64,000 nt of DNA, from positions 62,001-126,000 of the forward strand of contig JASTWF010000048.1 in NCBI GenBank assembly GCA_030390025.1, given 5' to 3'. The first letter of the stretch is position 1; every line of letters starts with the position of its first letter. The notes under the pieces were generated by a model. The model was not told where the DNA came from and searched no databases. It saw only the letters and a list, made by a program, of their open reading frames with translations. The position numbers were made by a program, and so were the translations under genes. Below are positions 1 to 10,515 of this stretch, piece after piece. This stretch comes from Squalus acanthias (Eukaryota).

Positions 1-504
1 AGAGAGGTCACTCGATCAGTCCAGTCCGTGCCGGCTCTTTGAAAGAGAGATTCAATTAGTTCCAACATGAGACTCCTCCCTCCCAGCTTCCTCTCACCCC
101 GTCAACATATCCTTCTATTCCTTTCTCCCTCATGTGTTTATCTCGCTTCCCCTTAAATGCATTTGTGTTATTTCCCTCAACTACGCCTTGTGGTAGCGAG
201 TTCCACATTCTCACCACTCTCTGCGTAAAGAGGTTTCTCCTGAATTCCCTATTGGATTTATTAATGTCTTTCTGATACTTATCACCTCTAGTTTTGGCCT
301 CTCCTATCCAATTATTCCCACACCCCTGCTCATTCCCCGCAGACCTGTTTTTTTCCTCTTCAAGTTGATGTCCAATTCCCTTGTCAAAGTTACCAGTGAA
401 TCTGTCCCCAGCATCCTTTCAGTAAGTGCATTCCCGATCATAACATCTTGCGGCATAAAAAATCTGTTTCCTCATCTACCAGTTGGATTTAGAAGCAGAG
501 AAAC

Positions 505-1340
505 ATAGAAAAATAGGAGCAAGGGTAGGCCATTCGGCCCTTCGAGCCTGCTCCGCCATTCAATATGATCATGGCTGATCCTCTATCTCAATACCATATT
601 CCCGCTATCTCCCCACACCCCTTACTGCCTTTTGTGTCTAGAAATCTATCTATCTCCTTCTTAAATATATTCAGTGACTTGGCCTCAACAGCCTTCTGTG
701 GGAGAGAATTCCACATGTTCACCATCCTCTGTGTGAACAAATTTCTCCTCATCTCAGTCCTTAATGTTCTACCCCGTATCCTGAGACTGTGACCTCTCGT
801 TCTAGACAGCCCCAGCCAGGTGAAACATCCTCCCTGCATCCAGTCTGTTTAGCCCTGTCAGAATTTTATACGTTTCAGTGAGATCCCCTCTCATTCTTCT
901 AAACTCTAGTGACTACAGGCCGAGGCCCTCCTCATACGACAGACCAGCCATTCCAGGAATCTGTCTGGTGAACCTTCGCTGCACTCCCTCTATGGCAAGT
1001 ATATCCTTTCTTAGGTAAGGAGACCAAAACTGCACACGATACTCCAGGTGTGGTCTCACCAAGGCCCTGTCTAACTGTAGGAAGACATCCTTGCTCCTGT
1101 ACTCAAATCCTCATTTTTAAACACGATTTGACTTTCATAAATCCATGTTGACTTTGTCTAATCCCGTTGATATTTTCTAAGTGTCCTGTTATCACATCCT
1201 TTATAATAGACTCTAGCATTTTCCCTACGACTGATGTTAGGTTAACCGGTCTGTAGTTCCCTGTTTTCTCTCTCCCTCCTTTTTTAAATAGTGGGGTTAC
1301 ATTTGCCAACCTCCAATCTGCAGGAACTGTTCCATAATTT
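505..1340 (-). mobile_element. CR1-type LINE fragments (3' end and RT pieces)
   Basis: Minus ORFs 588..839 (RTRGHSLRIRG..FTQRMVNMWNSLPQKAVEA) and 1103..1360 (VPADWRLANVTPLFKKGGREKTGNYRPVNLTSVVGK) are typical CR1 ORF2 motifs. Confidence 0.9.
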
Positions 1341-1629
1341 ATCCTTGTCTGCTCTGTCAAAACCCCTCTGATATTTAAACACCTCTATTAACTCTCACCT
1401 TATCGTCTGCGTTTTATTATTATATGAAATTGAAAAACTTGCTCCGTTTCAAGCTTCTCACCGTATAGAAATACTCTGATATATTATTCTTAGGTCCCAA
1501 GTTGATGACGTCACACTTGCCCCAATGAATCCAACTGTCACTGTTTTTCTCACTCATTTAATCTCTCTCTGTGCACTTTGAAACTGACTGTTCCCGCCTG
1601 CTCTGCTCACTGCCAAGCAGAGAGAGATG

Positions 1630-2280
1630 GGTGGGACTGTCAACCAAGGAGAGAGAGTCAGGGCTGCGAATCAGAGAGCGCGTTGCAGGGCTGTCAATCA
1701 GAGACGGGAGCGGCGGAGCTTTCAATCAGAGAGGGCGTGGCAGAGTTGTCAATCATAGAGGGGAGCGGCGGAGATTTCAATCAGAGGGGGAAGGGGGGAG
1801 CTGTCAATCAGAGAGGGCGCGACAGGGTTATCAATCAGAGAGTGAGTGATGGAGTTGTCAATCAGAGGGGGTGACGAGTTTTCAGAGAGGGGATGGGTGG
1901 TGATGTCAATCAGAGACGGACGGGCGGTGCTGTCAATCAGAGAGGGGAGTGGTGGAGCTGTGAATGATTACATAGGATTACATAGGATATCTGGCACAGA
2001 AACAAGCCATTCGGCCCAACCAATCCATGTCGGCGTTTATGCTCCACACGAGCCTCCTCCCGTCTTTCCTCATCTAAATATATCAGCATAACCGTCTATT
2101 TCCTTTTCCCTCATATGCTTGTCTTGCTTCCTCTTAAATGCATCCATACGATTCGCTTCAACCACTCCCTGTGGAATCAGAGAGGGTAGGGGCGGTGCTA
2201 TCACTCGGAGAGGGGGGGGCAGTGCTGTCAATCAGAGAGGACGGGGCAGGTCTGTCAATCAGAGAGTGAGGGGCGGGGCA
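1630..2280. repeat. 27-bp minisatellite (GGGGCGGRGCTGTCAATCAGAGAGGGA) interrupted by a short minus-strand CR1 3' end at about 1965-2175
   Basis: TGTCAATCAGAGAG recurs at about 27-bp period; GATTACATAG-type CR1 tail at about 1966. Confidence 0.85.
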
Positions 2281-2427
2281 TTGTATATCCAGTGTTTTCT
2301 GATGAATGACAGAGATCGTGCGTTTTCCACGCGCCAGTCTGGCCTTGCAAACAACAGCCTCATAGCTCCTGTCGCTGGGAAGCTTATTGGCCGTGGGTTC
2401 CCGCTCTCAGATTCTCTGTCCCGGATG

Positions 2428-3799
2428 ATGCGGACTTGCCTCCTGTCCTGCACGTTGCCGCTGTTCCTATTGGCGGGTAATTAAAGCGAGAGGCGGTGTC
2501 TTTTCGGATGCCTTTGAGTCTGGTGCAGGAATGTATTAAAATCCTATAAAACAATTGTTCAAAAATTAGAGAAAGAAAGAAAGAAGGAAAAGGAGAAAGA
2601 AAGAAGGAAAGACAAAAGAAAGAAAAAAGAGAGAAAGTATGAAAGAAAGATAGAAAGAATGAAAGTTAATGAGAGAACAGCGTTGAGAAATAAATAGACT
2701 ATATCTGTTAAGTGACAAACAAAGAAGACAAATTTTGTTAAATACAGTCGGGATGGACATATAGAGAACAGGGTTATTCCTGTATTGTTTAAATCAGTGA
2801 GTGATTTTTCCACGTCAATCCCTGACAATTGCCCCTTTTACAAAGAGAGCTCCGCTAAAAGACCGGCCTCCCAAATAACTACAAGCGCCTCCGGGTTTAT
2901 AATATTATTCTGGTGTTGCCAAATCGACTAAAAGCAGGATGGCGCGTGATAGAGCCGATAGAATGTTTATGTTAAGGAACATAGGAACAGGAGGAGGTCA
3001 TTCAGGCCCTCGAGCCATTCAATTAGATCACGGCTGATCTGTATGTTAACTCCATCTCCCCTCCTTGATCGCGTCACCTTTAATACCATCACCTAACAAA
3101 ATCTTTCAATCTCAGTTTTGAAATTTTGAATTGACCCCCAACCTCAACAGCTTTTTGGGGAGAGAGTTCCAGATTTCCACTACCCCTTGTGTGAAGAATT
3201 GCTTCATGACATCACCACTGAAAGGCTTCGCTACATTTATAAGGTTGTGCTCCACTTGTCCTGGATTCTCCGCTAGACAAGGAAATAGTTTCTCTCTATC
3301 CGCACTATCCACTCCTTTAATTGGTTCAATTAGATTTCATGAAAAATACAGGAAATATATCGATTTAAATCAAAGGAAAGCGAGGGAGAGTAATTGGAAT
3401 AGCAGTCACGGAACAGATAATAATTAAAAAGGTTAATGGGTCTTATTTCTGGGGAAATAACTGTCTCTCTTTGCTACTTATTCCCGTTTTGCTTCAAGGA
3501 GTTGGCGAGTCTCAGAAGATGGTGCAGTCCCGGGAGTTTGTGTCGGTGAGAAAGGGCGAGTCTGTGACTATCCCGTGTACCCAACGCGGGACTGATTCTT
3601 ATATGTACTGGTACCGTCAGCCCCCGGGCCTGGGACTCCAGCACATTCTGCAGGCGGTGGAGGGAGATGACGCGACCAGGTCGGACGGGATCACGGAGCG
3701 ATTTTGGGGCCAAGAAAACTGCAGATAACTCCTTCGATCTGAAGATCTCGATGGTGCGGCCGAACGACACGGCGCGGTATTTCTGCGCCTGCAGTGATG
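2428..3799 (+). pseudogene. TRBV: TCR V family B, copy B1 (pseudogene)
   Basis: Leader 2428-2476 (MRTCLLSCTLPLFLLAG, GT at 2477; an extra ATG at 2425). V exon 3499-3799 is 301 nt versus 300 in paralogues because of an extra G at 3706-3709 (frameshift). Heptamer mutated to CTCAGAG. Confidence 0.9.
2975..3320 (-). mobile_element. CR1 3' fragment inside the B1 intron
   Basis: ORF 3112..3312 FFTQGVVEIWNSLP. Confidence 0.8.
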
Positions 3800-3838
3800 C
3801 TCAGAGACACACTCAGACTGAACCGTGCGACAAAAACC
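3800..3838 (+). other. Defective 23-RSS (B1)
   Basis: CTCAGAG-23-ACAAAAACC; CAC trinucleotide broken. Confidence 0.9.
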
Positions 3839-4039
3839 CGCCCGACTCTGACACCAACCCCCAACTTGTTCTAATCATATATAGATAGATAGAATGATAG
3901 AGTAACTGAACAGCGATAGTTCACACGTTGTTTCACTCCAGATACCTTCATGGAGAGATTATTACAATCATATAGCTTATTGGGAGTCCACGATCGGCTC
4001 ATTGGAAATCCAGGTGTGGTTATTTGGGAATCTGCAGCT

Positions 4040-4310
4040 GTTTAAAACGATGAAGGGTTTACACAGACTACATAAAGGTGAACTGTTTCCAATGGCTGTA
4101 GGGCCGATAAACAGAGGTCACAGTTGTAAAGTGATTTGCAAAAGAATCAGAGGCGACTTGATCCAAAAAACATTTTATGCAGAGGGTGGTTATGATTTGG
4201 AACGCACCGTGTGATAGGGTGGTGGACACAGATTCAATAGTAGCCTTCAAAAGTGAATTGGATAAATACTTGAAGGAGGAAAAAACTGCTGTGATATGGG
4301 GAAAGAGCGG
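4040..4310 (+). mobile_element. CR1 3' fragment
   Basis: QRVVMIWNAPCDRVVDTDSIVAFKSELDKYLK. Confidence 0.8.
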
Positions 4311-4485
4311 GGGAGTTGATTCTGATGGGTTCGCTCGAGGAAAGGGCGTATCCAACACTGCATCACTTCCTTACGCTCTTCCTTTTCCCCTCAATGGTTT
4401 GAAAAGAGCGGATTGGCTCCTCACCAGACACAACTCTCTTGTTCTCGCTCCTTTCAGTTATTTAGAGAAAAGCTTCAAGTAAAAG

Positions 4486-5069
4486 ATGTATCTGTTACTG
4501 GGTCTGATTATCTTGTTCCACCGTAAGGGACTTTTTCAAACATTAATTGTTGTTAATANNNNNNNNNNNNNNNNNNNNNNNNNNNNNNNNNNNNNNNNNN
4601 NNNNNNNNNNNNNNNNNNNNNNNNNNNNNNNNNNNNNNNNNNNNNNNNNNNNNNNNNNNNNNNNNNNNNNNNNNNNNNNNNNNNNNNNNNNNNNNNNNNN
4701 NNNNNNNNNNNNNNNCAAAATTGCCCGATTGTCTGAATTTACTGACCTCCTCCTCTCCCTGTCTCATTCCCAGATGTGTACACTCAGATTATCCGCCAGA
4801 CTCCCGCCGCTGTCTCCAGATTTCAGGGGGATGGGATGGAACTGAAGTGCACTCTCGAAAGCACCAGTACTCAGTTTATGTACTGGTACAGACAATACTC
4901 GGGGAAGGAGCCGCAGTTCATGTTTTACTCCACTGGTACCAATCACGTGAACCCAGAGGGGACGGTGGACGGTTTTACCGTCGAGCGATCGAATGACTAT
5001 GAGTTCAATCTGAAGTCCTTCAGCGTGCAGGCGAATCACTCGGCCGTGTATTGCTGCGCCTGGAGTCTT
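4486..5069 (+). CDS. TRBV: TCR V family A, copy A1 (TRBV30-like; YCC instead of YYC)
   Basis: Leader 4486-4522 MYLLLGLIILFH|GTAAG; V exon 4774-5069 open; intron partly N. Confidence 0.9.
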
Positions 5070-5108
5070 CACAGTGACTCAGAGAGATGGAGGAGCTCAA
5101 CAAAAAAC
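5070..5108 (+). other. 23-RSS (A1)
   Basis: CACAGTG-23-ACAAAAAAC. Confidence 0.95.
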
Positions 5109-5725
5109 CCAAAGGCGGCAGGAAACACCTCTTCAAGATAAAACGGCGCGGTGCTGTTGGGTTTATCTTGCTGAGCGAATGTGCGTCCTGTTGGATATAT
5201 TTTACAGAGCGCACGTATATTGGACAACAAGAAGAGACGGGCCAGAATAAAAGTGAGAGATTCGATTGAGGCACTGGAGAAGGTACAAAGAAAGATTAAC
5301 AAAGATGATACCAGAATTCAGAGTTACTGGATTTCAGGAAAGATTGAACAGGCGAGGACTGTTTTGTCTAGGAAAAAGAAGGCTGAGATGTGACCTAATA
5401 GTGGTCTTTAAAGATCAACAATGTGCTTTGTAGGGGAGGGGTAGAGAGGAAAGATAGAAAAAAGTTAGACGGAAAGCAGGAAAGGAAGGAAGAGAGTAAG
5501 TAATAAAGGAAGAGTGAAAGAAAGAAAAGCAGAACAAAAGAACGAAAGGAAGAAAGGAAGGAAGCTGAAAAGCGAAAAAGAGAAGGATAGAACGAAAGAG
5601 AGAGAAAAGAAAGAAAGATAGAAACGCAGAATGATAGAAAGAAAAATAAAACGAAATAAAGAAGAAGGAATGTCAGTAAAATACTATTTTTTATACACTG
5701 ACATTGTGTTTTCTTTTTCCACAGG

Positions 5726-5741
5726 GACAGTAGAGGGCGCT
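5726..5741 (+). promoter_or_regulatory. CTCF-like motif (first of about 18 co-oriented copies behind A units)
   Basis: GACAGTAGAGGGCGCT resembles the CTCF core CCASYAGRKGGCRS. Confidence 0.6.
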
Positions 5742-6084
5742 CTAGGACCAGGAAATAAACCCTTGCCCGAACGTCGTTCAATCGGAACACAGGAACAGAA
5801 GTAGGCTATTCAGCGCACCGAGCCTCTTACACAGGAACGGGAGAAGGCCATTCAGCCTCTCGAGCTTGTTACATAGGAACTCGAGGAGGCAATTCATCCA
5901 TTTAATCAGATCACTGCTGATTTGTACCTCGAATTCATTAACCCCCCTTTGCTGCATATCCCTTTATATCCTAACCCAACATACATCTATCTAACTGTAT
6001 AAACCAATAAAAAAATTCTCCAAAGTAACTCTTCAGCTGAAGAAGTGAAGTTTGCTAAAACGATGCTCGGGAAATTATTTCCTC

Positions 6085-6460
6085 TTCCATTTAGCTCTGT
6101 ATTCGTGGTCATTCACGTTCCAGCTCAGCGAGTGTTATCTCCGATGTGGGACGGGTTCACTGCAGTCTGAATACAGTGGGGCCGTTTGCAAGTTCCTCAG
6201 TCAAGGGCGAGTCTTTGAGTCCACCAGATCGTCATAGGCCCAACCATGCAATAGAACAGATGAACAGCCCGATGTGACCCTGATATTGTTGCACCGACTG
6301 CCTCCCGTTATCAAAAGGGCTTACTTTAGACCAGTGTTGTCCATGTGTTAGCCACCAGTCACATGTGGCTAATTGGGAATCAAGGTATGGCTAATTGGGA
6401 TTCTACTTGTGGCTTATCGGGAATCCAGACGTGGATAATTCCATTTCTGATTAGCAAACA
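6085..6460. repeat. Conserved upstream block of A-family units with a 22-bp TGGCTAATTGGGAATC tandem repeat
   Basis: Near-identical copies at about 10515, 12890, 18935, 20760, 26063, 30513, 34755, 36783 and 39110. Confidence 0.8.
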
Positions 6461-6708
6461 ATAAACGAGCGATAGACACCGTTGTTGGGAATGTTAACGG
6501 CAGAAGGTCCAGTCTGTCATTGGTAATTAGCAAGCACATCGATGCTGATTGTTTCGCTCGAGGAAGGGGGCGTGACCTTCTCTACATCACTTCCTCACTC
6601 TGCTCAAGGTTTCCTCAATGATTTTTAAAGAGCGGTTTGGCTCCCCACAAGACTCCACGCTGCTGTTCTCGCTGCTTTCATTATTAAGAGAAACGCTTCA
6701 AGAAAAAG

Positions 6709-7163
6709 ATGTATCTGTTACTGAGTCTTGTTATCTTGTTTCACCGTAAGATACTTTTGCAAACATTAATTATTGTTAATAACGTAATTTTACGTCTTTC
6801 TTTCTTTTTCTCCCATTGCCCCGGATGTCCCAATTTACTGACCTCCTCCTCTCCTTCTCTTACACGGATGTGAACTCGCAGAGTATCCGGCAGTTTCCCG
6901 CCGCTGTCTCTAGATTTCCCGGGGATGGAGTGGTACTGAAGTGCACTCTGGAAAGCACCAGTACTCAGACTATGTTCTGGTAGAGACAATACCCGGGGAA
7001 GGAGCCGCAGTCCATGTTTTACTCCTTGTTTACCAATCACCTGAATCCAGAGGGGGCGGTGGACGGTTTTACCGCCGAGCGACCGAATGGCAACGAGTTC
7101 AACCTGAAGTCCTCCAGCCTTCGGCTGAATCACTCGGCCGTGTATTACTGCGCCTGGAGTCTT
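6709..7163 (+). pseudogene. TRBV: TCR V family A, copy A2 (pseudogene)
   Basis: Leader 6709-6745; acceptor AG changed to GG (6866-6867); TAG at 6981-6983 directly after the conserved Trp. Confidence 0.92.
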
Positions 7164-7202
7164 CACAGTGACTCAGAGAGATGGAGGAGCCCAACAAAAA
7201 CC
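7164..7202 (+). other. 23-RSS (A2)
   Basis: CACAGTG-23-ACAAAAACC. Confidence 0.95.
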
Positions 7203-7699
7203 CCAAAGGCGGCAGGAATCACCTGTGGAAGATGAAACCGCGCGGTGTTGTTGTTATTATTTTACAGAGCGAACGTGTTTTTGACAACAAGAAGAGACGT
7301 GTTAGAATAAAAGTGAGAGATTACATATAGAGGCACTGGAGAAGGTGCAAAGAAAGCTTAGCAAGAATGATACGACTATTGAGAGGTTGTAAAGGTCTGG
7401 AAAGTATAATAGAAAGACTTTGGTTTTTCGGCACTTACACTGTGTTTTCTTTCAGCACAGGGACAGCAGAGTGCGGTCCATGACCATAAAACACATCTGA
7501 TGATAGAACATAGTTAAATAGGAACACAGAAGCAGGAGAGCGACTAAAAGCTCGAGTCTGTTGTACGGGAACAGGAGGAGACCATTCAGCACTCCTCGAG
7601 TCTGTTACACAGGAACAGGAGGAGACCATTCATCCCTCCTCGAGTCTGTTATACAGGAGCAGGAGGAGGTCATTCACCGCTCCACCCTGTTACGTAGGA

Positions 7700-8800
7700 A
7701 CATAGGAACAGGAGTAGGCCATTTAGCCACTTGAGCCTGTCCCGCTATTCATAGAGTTCATGACTGCACTGTTACCTAACTCCATGTACCCGCCTTTGCC
7801 CCATAACTCTTAATACGTTTGGGTAACAGAAATCTATCAAGCTCAGATTTAAAATGAACAATTTACCTCGAATCAACCGCTCTTTGTGGAAGAGAGTTTA
7901 ATCTTCTGCCACCCTTTGCATGTAGAAGTGTTTGCTGACTTCACGACTGAACGTTTTTGCCATGTCCCCTCGTCCAAGACTCCCCAAACAGCAGAAGTAG
8001 TTTCTCTCTATCTACCCTATCAGTTGCCTGTAATTTCTTGAAATCTTCGATCAAATCACCCCTTACCCTTCTAAAGTCCAGGGAATACAACCCCAGTTTG
8101 TGTAATCTCTCATCGTAAATTAACCCTTGATGTCCAGGTACAATTCCGGTAAATACTAAGTGTGGTGCCCAGAACTGAACACAGTGCTCCTGGTGTGGTC
8201 TAGCCAGCGCTTTGTAAAGCTGTATCATAACTTCTACTCCCTTGTATTCTCGTCATCTAGTTATAAAGCCCAGAATTGTATTAGCCTTTTTGATGATGAT
8301 CTGCACCTGTCCATGACATTGTAATGATCTATGTACATGGAGCACTGAGACTCTTTGGACCTCCATTGTTTCTACATTATGGCCATTTAGAACGTTCTCT
8401 GATCATTCCTGTTCCTGTCCAAAGTGGATGACGTCACACTTACGTACATTGAAATCAATTTGCCACCGTTTTGCCTTCTCACTTAATCTTTTAATATTTG
8501 TTTGTAAGTTAATGCTGTCTCTACTCTGTGTGCCATGCTGCCTTTGTGTGCCATCTTTGTGTCATTGGCAGATTTGGATATGTGGCTTTCTATCCCATCA
8601 TCTAAGTCGTTAATAATTACGGTAAATAGATGAGTCCCCGACACAAATCCCTGTGGGAAAGCTCTAGCCACAAGATACCAATTAGAATACCTGCCCATTA
8701 TCGCAACTCTCTGTCTCCTGACGCTCAGCCAATTCCATAATCAGGTCAATAATTTGCATTCAATTTCCTGTCCTTCAACTTCAGCCAACAATCTCTTATG
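7700..8800 (-). mobile_element. Degenerate CR1 LINE (RT to 3' end)
   Basis: ORFs 7941..8228 (LYKALARPHQEHCVQFWAP) and 8483..8698 (PQG..LF..IINDLD..ISKSANDT). Confidence 0.88.
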
Positions 8801-9123
8801 ATGAACAGGAAGGGGCCATTTAGCCCCACGAGCCTATTACACATGTCTATCTCCCCTTTGCAACTTTCTGATCCCATCAACTCAACTTACTGGCAATCAG
8901 AGAGTGAGGAGCGGAGCATTGTATATGCAGTGTTTTCTTCTAAATGATGATGAAAGTTGCGCTTTACACCCGCCAGTTCCGGGCCTTGCACACAACAGTC
9001 TCAGAGATCGGATCTCTGACCATGTACATTTATTCTAATTGGTTGGACTGGGGAAGGGGGCGTGTCCATCCCTGCATCACTTCCTTATGCTCTTCATGTT
9101 TTCCTCAGGAGCCGGCAAGGTGT

Positions 9124-9131
9124 TGACGTCA
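9124..9131. promoter_or_regulatory. CRE palindrome in the family C promoter
   Basis: TGACGTCA about 100 bp 5' of the leader ATG; also at 16758, 33543 and 46153. Confidence 0.7.
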
Positions 9132-9227
9132 GAGACGCAAGACCCGCCTCCAACAAGTAACCAATCGGTGCAATTATCTGAGAAGCGGTTCCCGACTGAT
9201 TTAGGAGCAGCGAATGAGCGGAGTGGG

Positions 9228-9513
9228 ATGGAAGTGTGGGACTGTGGGACCGCGTGTCTCTCACTCCTGCTCCACTGTCTGAGTCTGGAGATCAGCTCTG
9301 GTCAGCGCACGTTTACCTTTCAATGCAGTTTGTTTATAGAGAGAGAGAGAGAGTGAGAGACTGAGCGAGTCAGTGAGGGAGTGAGGGGGTCACAGACAGG
9401 CAGAAAGAGATAAATAATGGATGAGGGAACGAGTCGGTGAGAGAGAGACAGACACACAGAGTGAGAGGCATAGAAAGTGAGTGAGGGATTGTGAGAGAAA
9501 GAGTAAGTGATAG

Positions 9514-9548
<35 letters not shown>

Positions 9549-10094
9549 GAGACATAGACATAGAGTGAGCAATTGAGACAGAGAGAGAGACAGAACGTGT
9601 GAGTGAGGGAGTGAGAGAGACATAGATTGATAGAGAGGGAGAAACAGTTAGATAGATAGATAGATATACATATAGATAGATATATAGATAGACAGACCTA
9701 CAGAGAGATAGCTAGGAAGACAAATAGACAGACAGAGAGATATATAGATATAGAGCGAGCTGCTCAGTGATTCTGAGTTTCAAATCTCACACTCCACATT
9801 TCACAGGCAGCAGAGGCTGGTTTCTAGACCAGGAGCCGGGTTCACTGTCCGTGTCCGGGAGCGAACTGTTCCAGGTGAGTTGCGTGCTGAAGGAGCCGAG
9901 CTACAGCCACCTGTACTGGTACCGCCAGTATCCGGACTCAGAGCCCGAGGCCCTGATCTAATCCAGCACCAAGGGGGCAGTTACTCCATACACCAAGGAG
10001 CCGTTTACAGCCCAGAGACCCAGCGAGACGCACTTCCTTCTGAAAGCGGCCAACCTGTCACGTTTCGCCGTCTTTCACTGCGCCTGCAGTAAGG
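9228..10094 (+). pseudogene. TRBV: TCR V family C, copy C1 (pseudogene)
   Basis: Leader 9228-9300 MEVWDCGTACLSLLLHCLSLEISSG|GTCAG; V exon 9807-10094 (WFLDQEP..VSCVLK..LYWYRQ..FHCACSK) with TAA at 9959-9961. Confidence 0.88.
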
Positions 10095-10133
10095 CACAGC
10101 GCAGCAAAGAGCGACACGTTCCGCACAAAATGA
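10095..10133 (+). other. 23-RSS (C1), divergent nonamer
   Basis: CACAGCG-23-ACAAAATGA. Confidence 0.75.
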
Positions 10134-10139
10134 CTGCAC

Positions 10140-10515
10140 CAGAAAGAGAGAGCCAGAGAGAGCCAGACACAGAGAGAGAGAGAGACAGAGAGAGACAGAG
10201 TGAGCCCAGAGGGAGAGGGAGGAAGAGAGCGAGAAGGAGATAGTGAGAGACAGAGAGTGTCAGAGAGAGAGTGTGAGAGAGAGACGGAGCGAGAGAGACA
10301 GAGAGAGATAGAGAGAGAGATGGGGCGAGAGAGACAGAGAGAGAGATAGAGAGACGGAGCGAGATATACACACAAATAGACAGAAACACGGAGAGAGTGA
10401 CTGTGAGAGAGAGAGACTGTGAGAGAAAGCGAGAGAAATAGAGAGAGAGATAGTGAGATAGAGAGAGACGGACAGACAGAGAGAGAGAGAAAGAAATACA
10501 CACACACCACACACA
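10140..10515. repeat. GA-rich low-complexity tract (similar tracts at 9340-9750, 16970-18930, 33760-34165, 46330-46780, 56150-56730)
   Basis: (GA)n, (GACA)n and (GATA)n runs. Confidence 0.95.

Noticed and set aside
4764-5072. Recurrent antisense ORF MKTPGAVIHGR.. over A exons
   Set aside because: Shadow of conserved V coding sequence; variable length and no independent signals.
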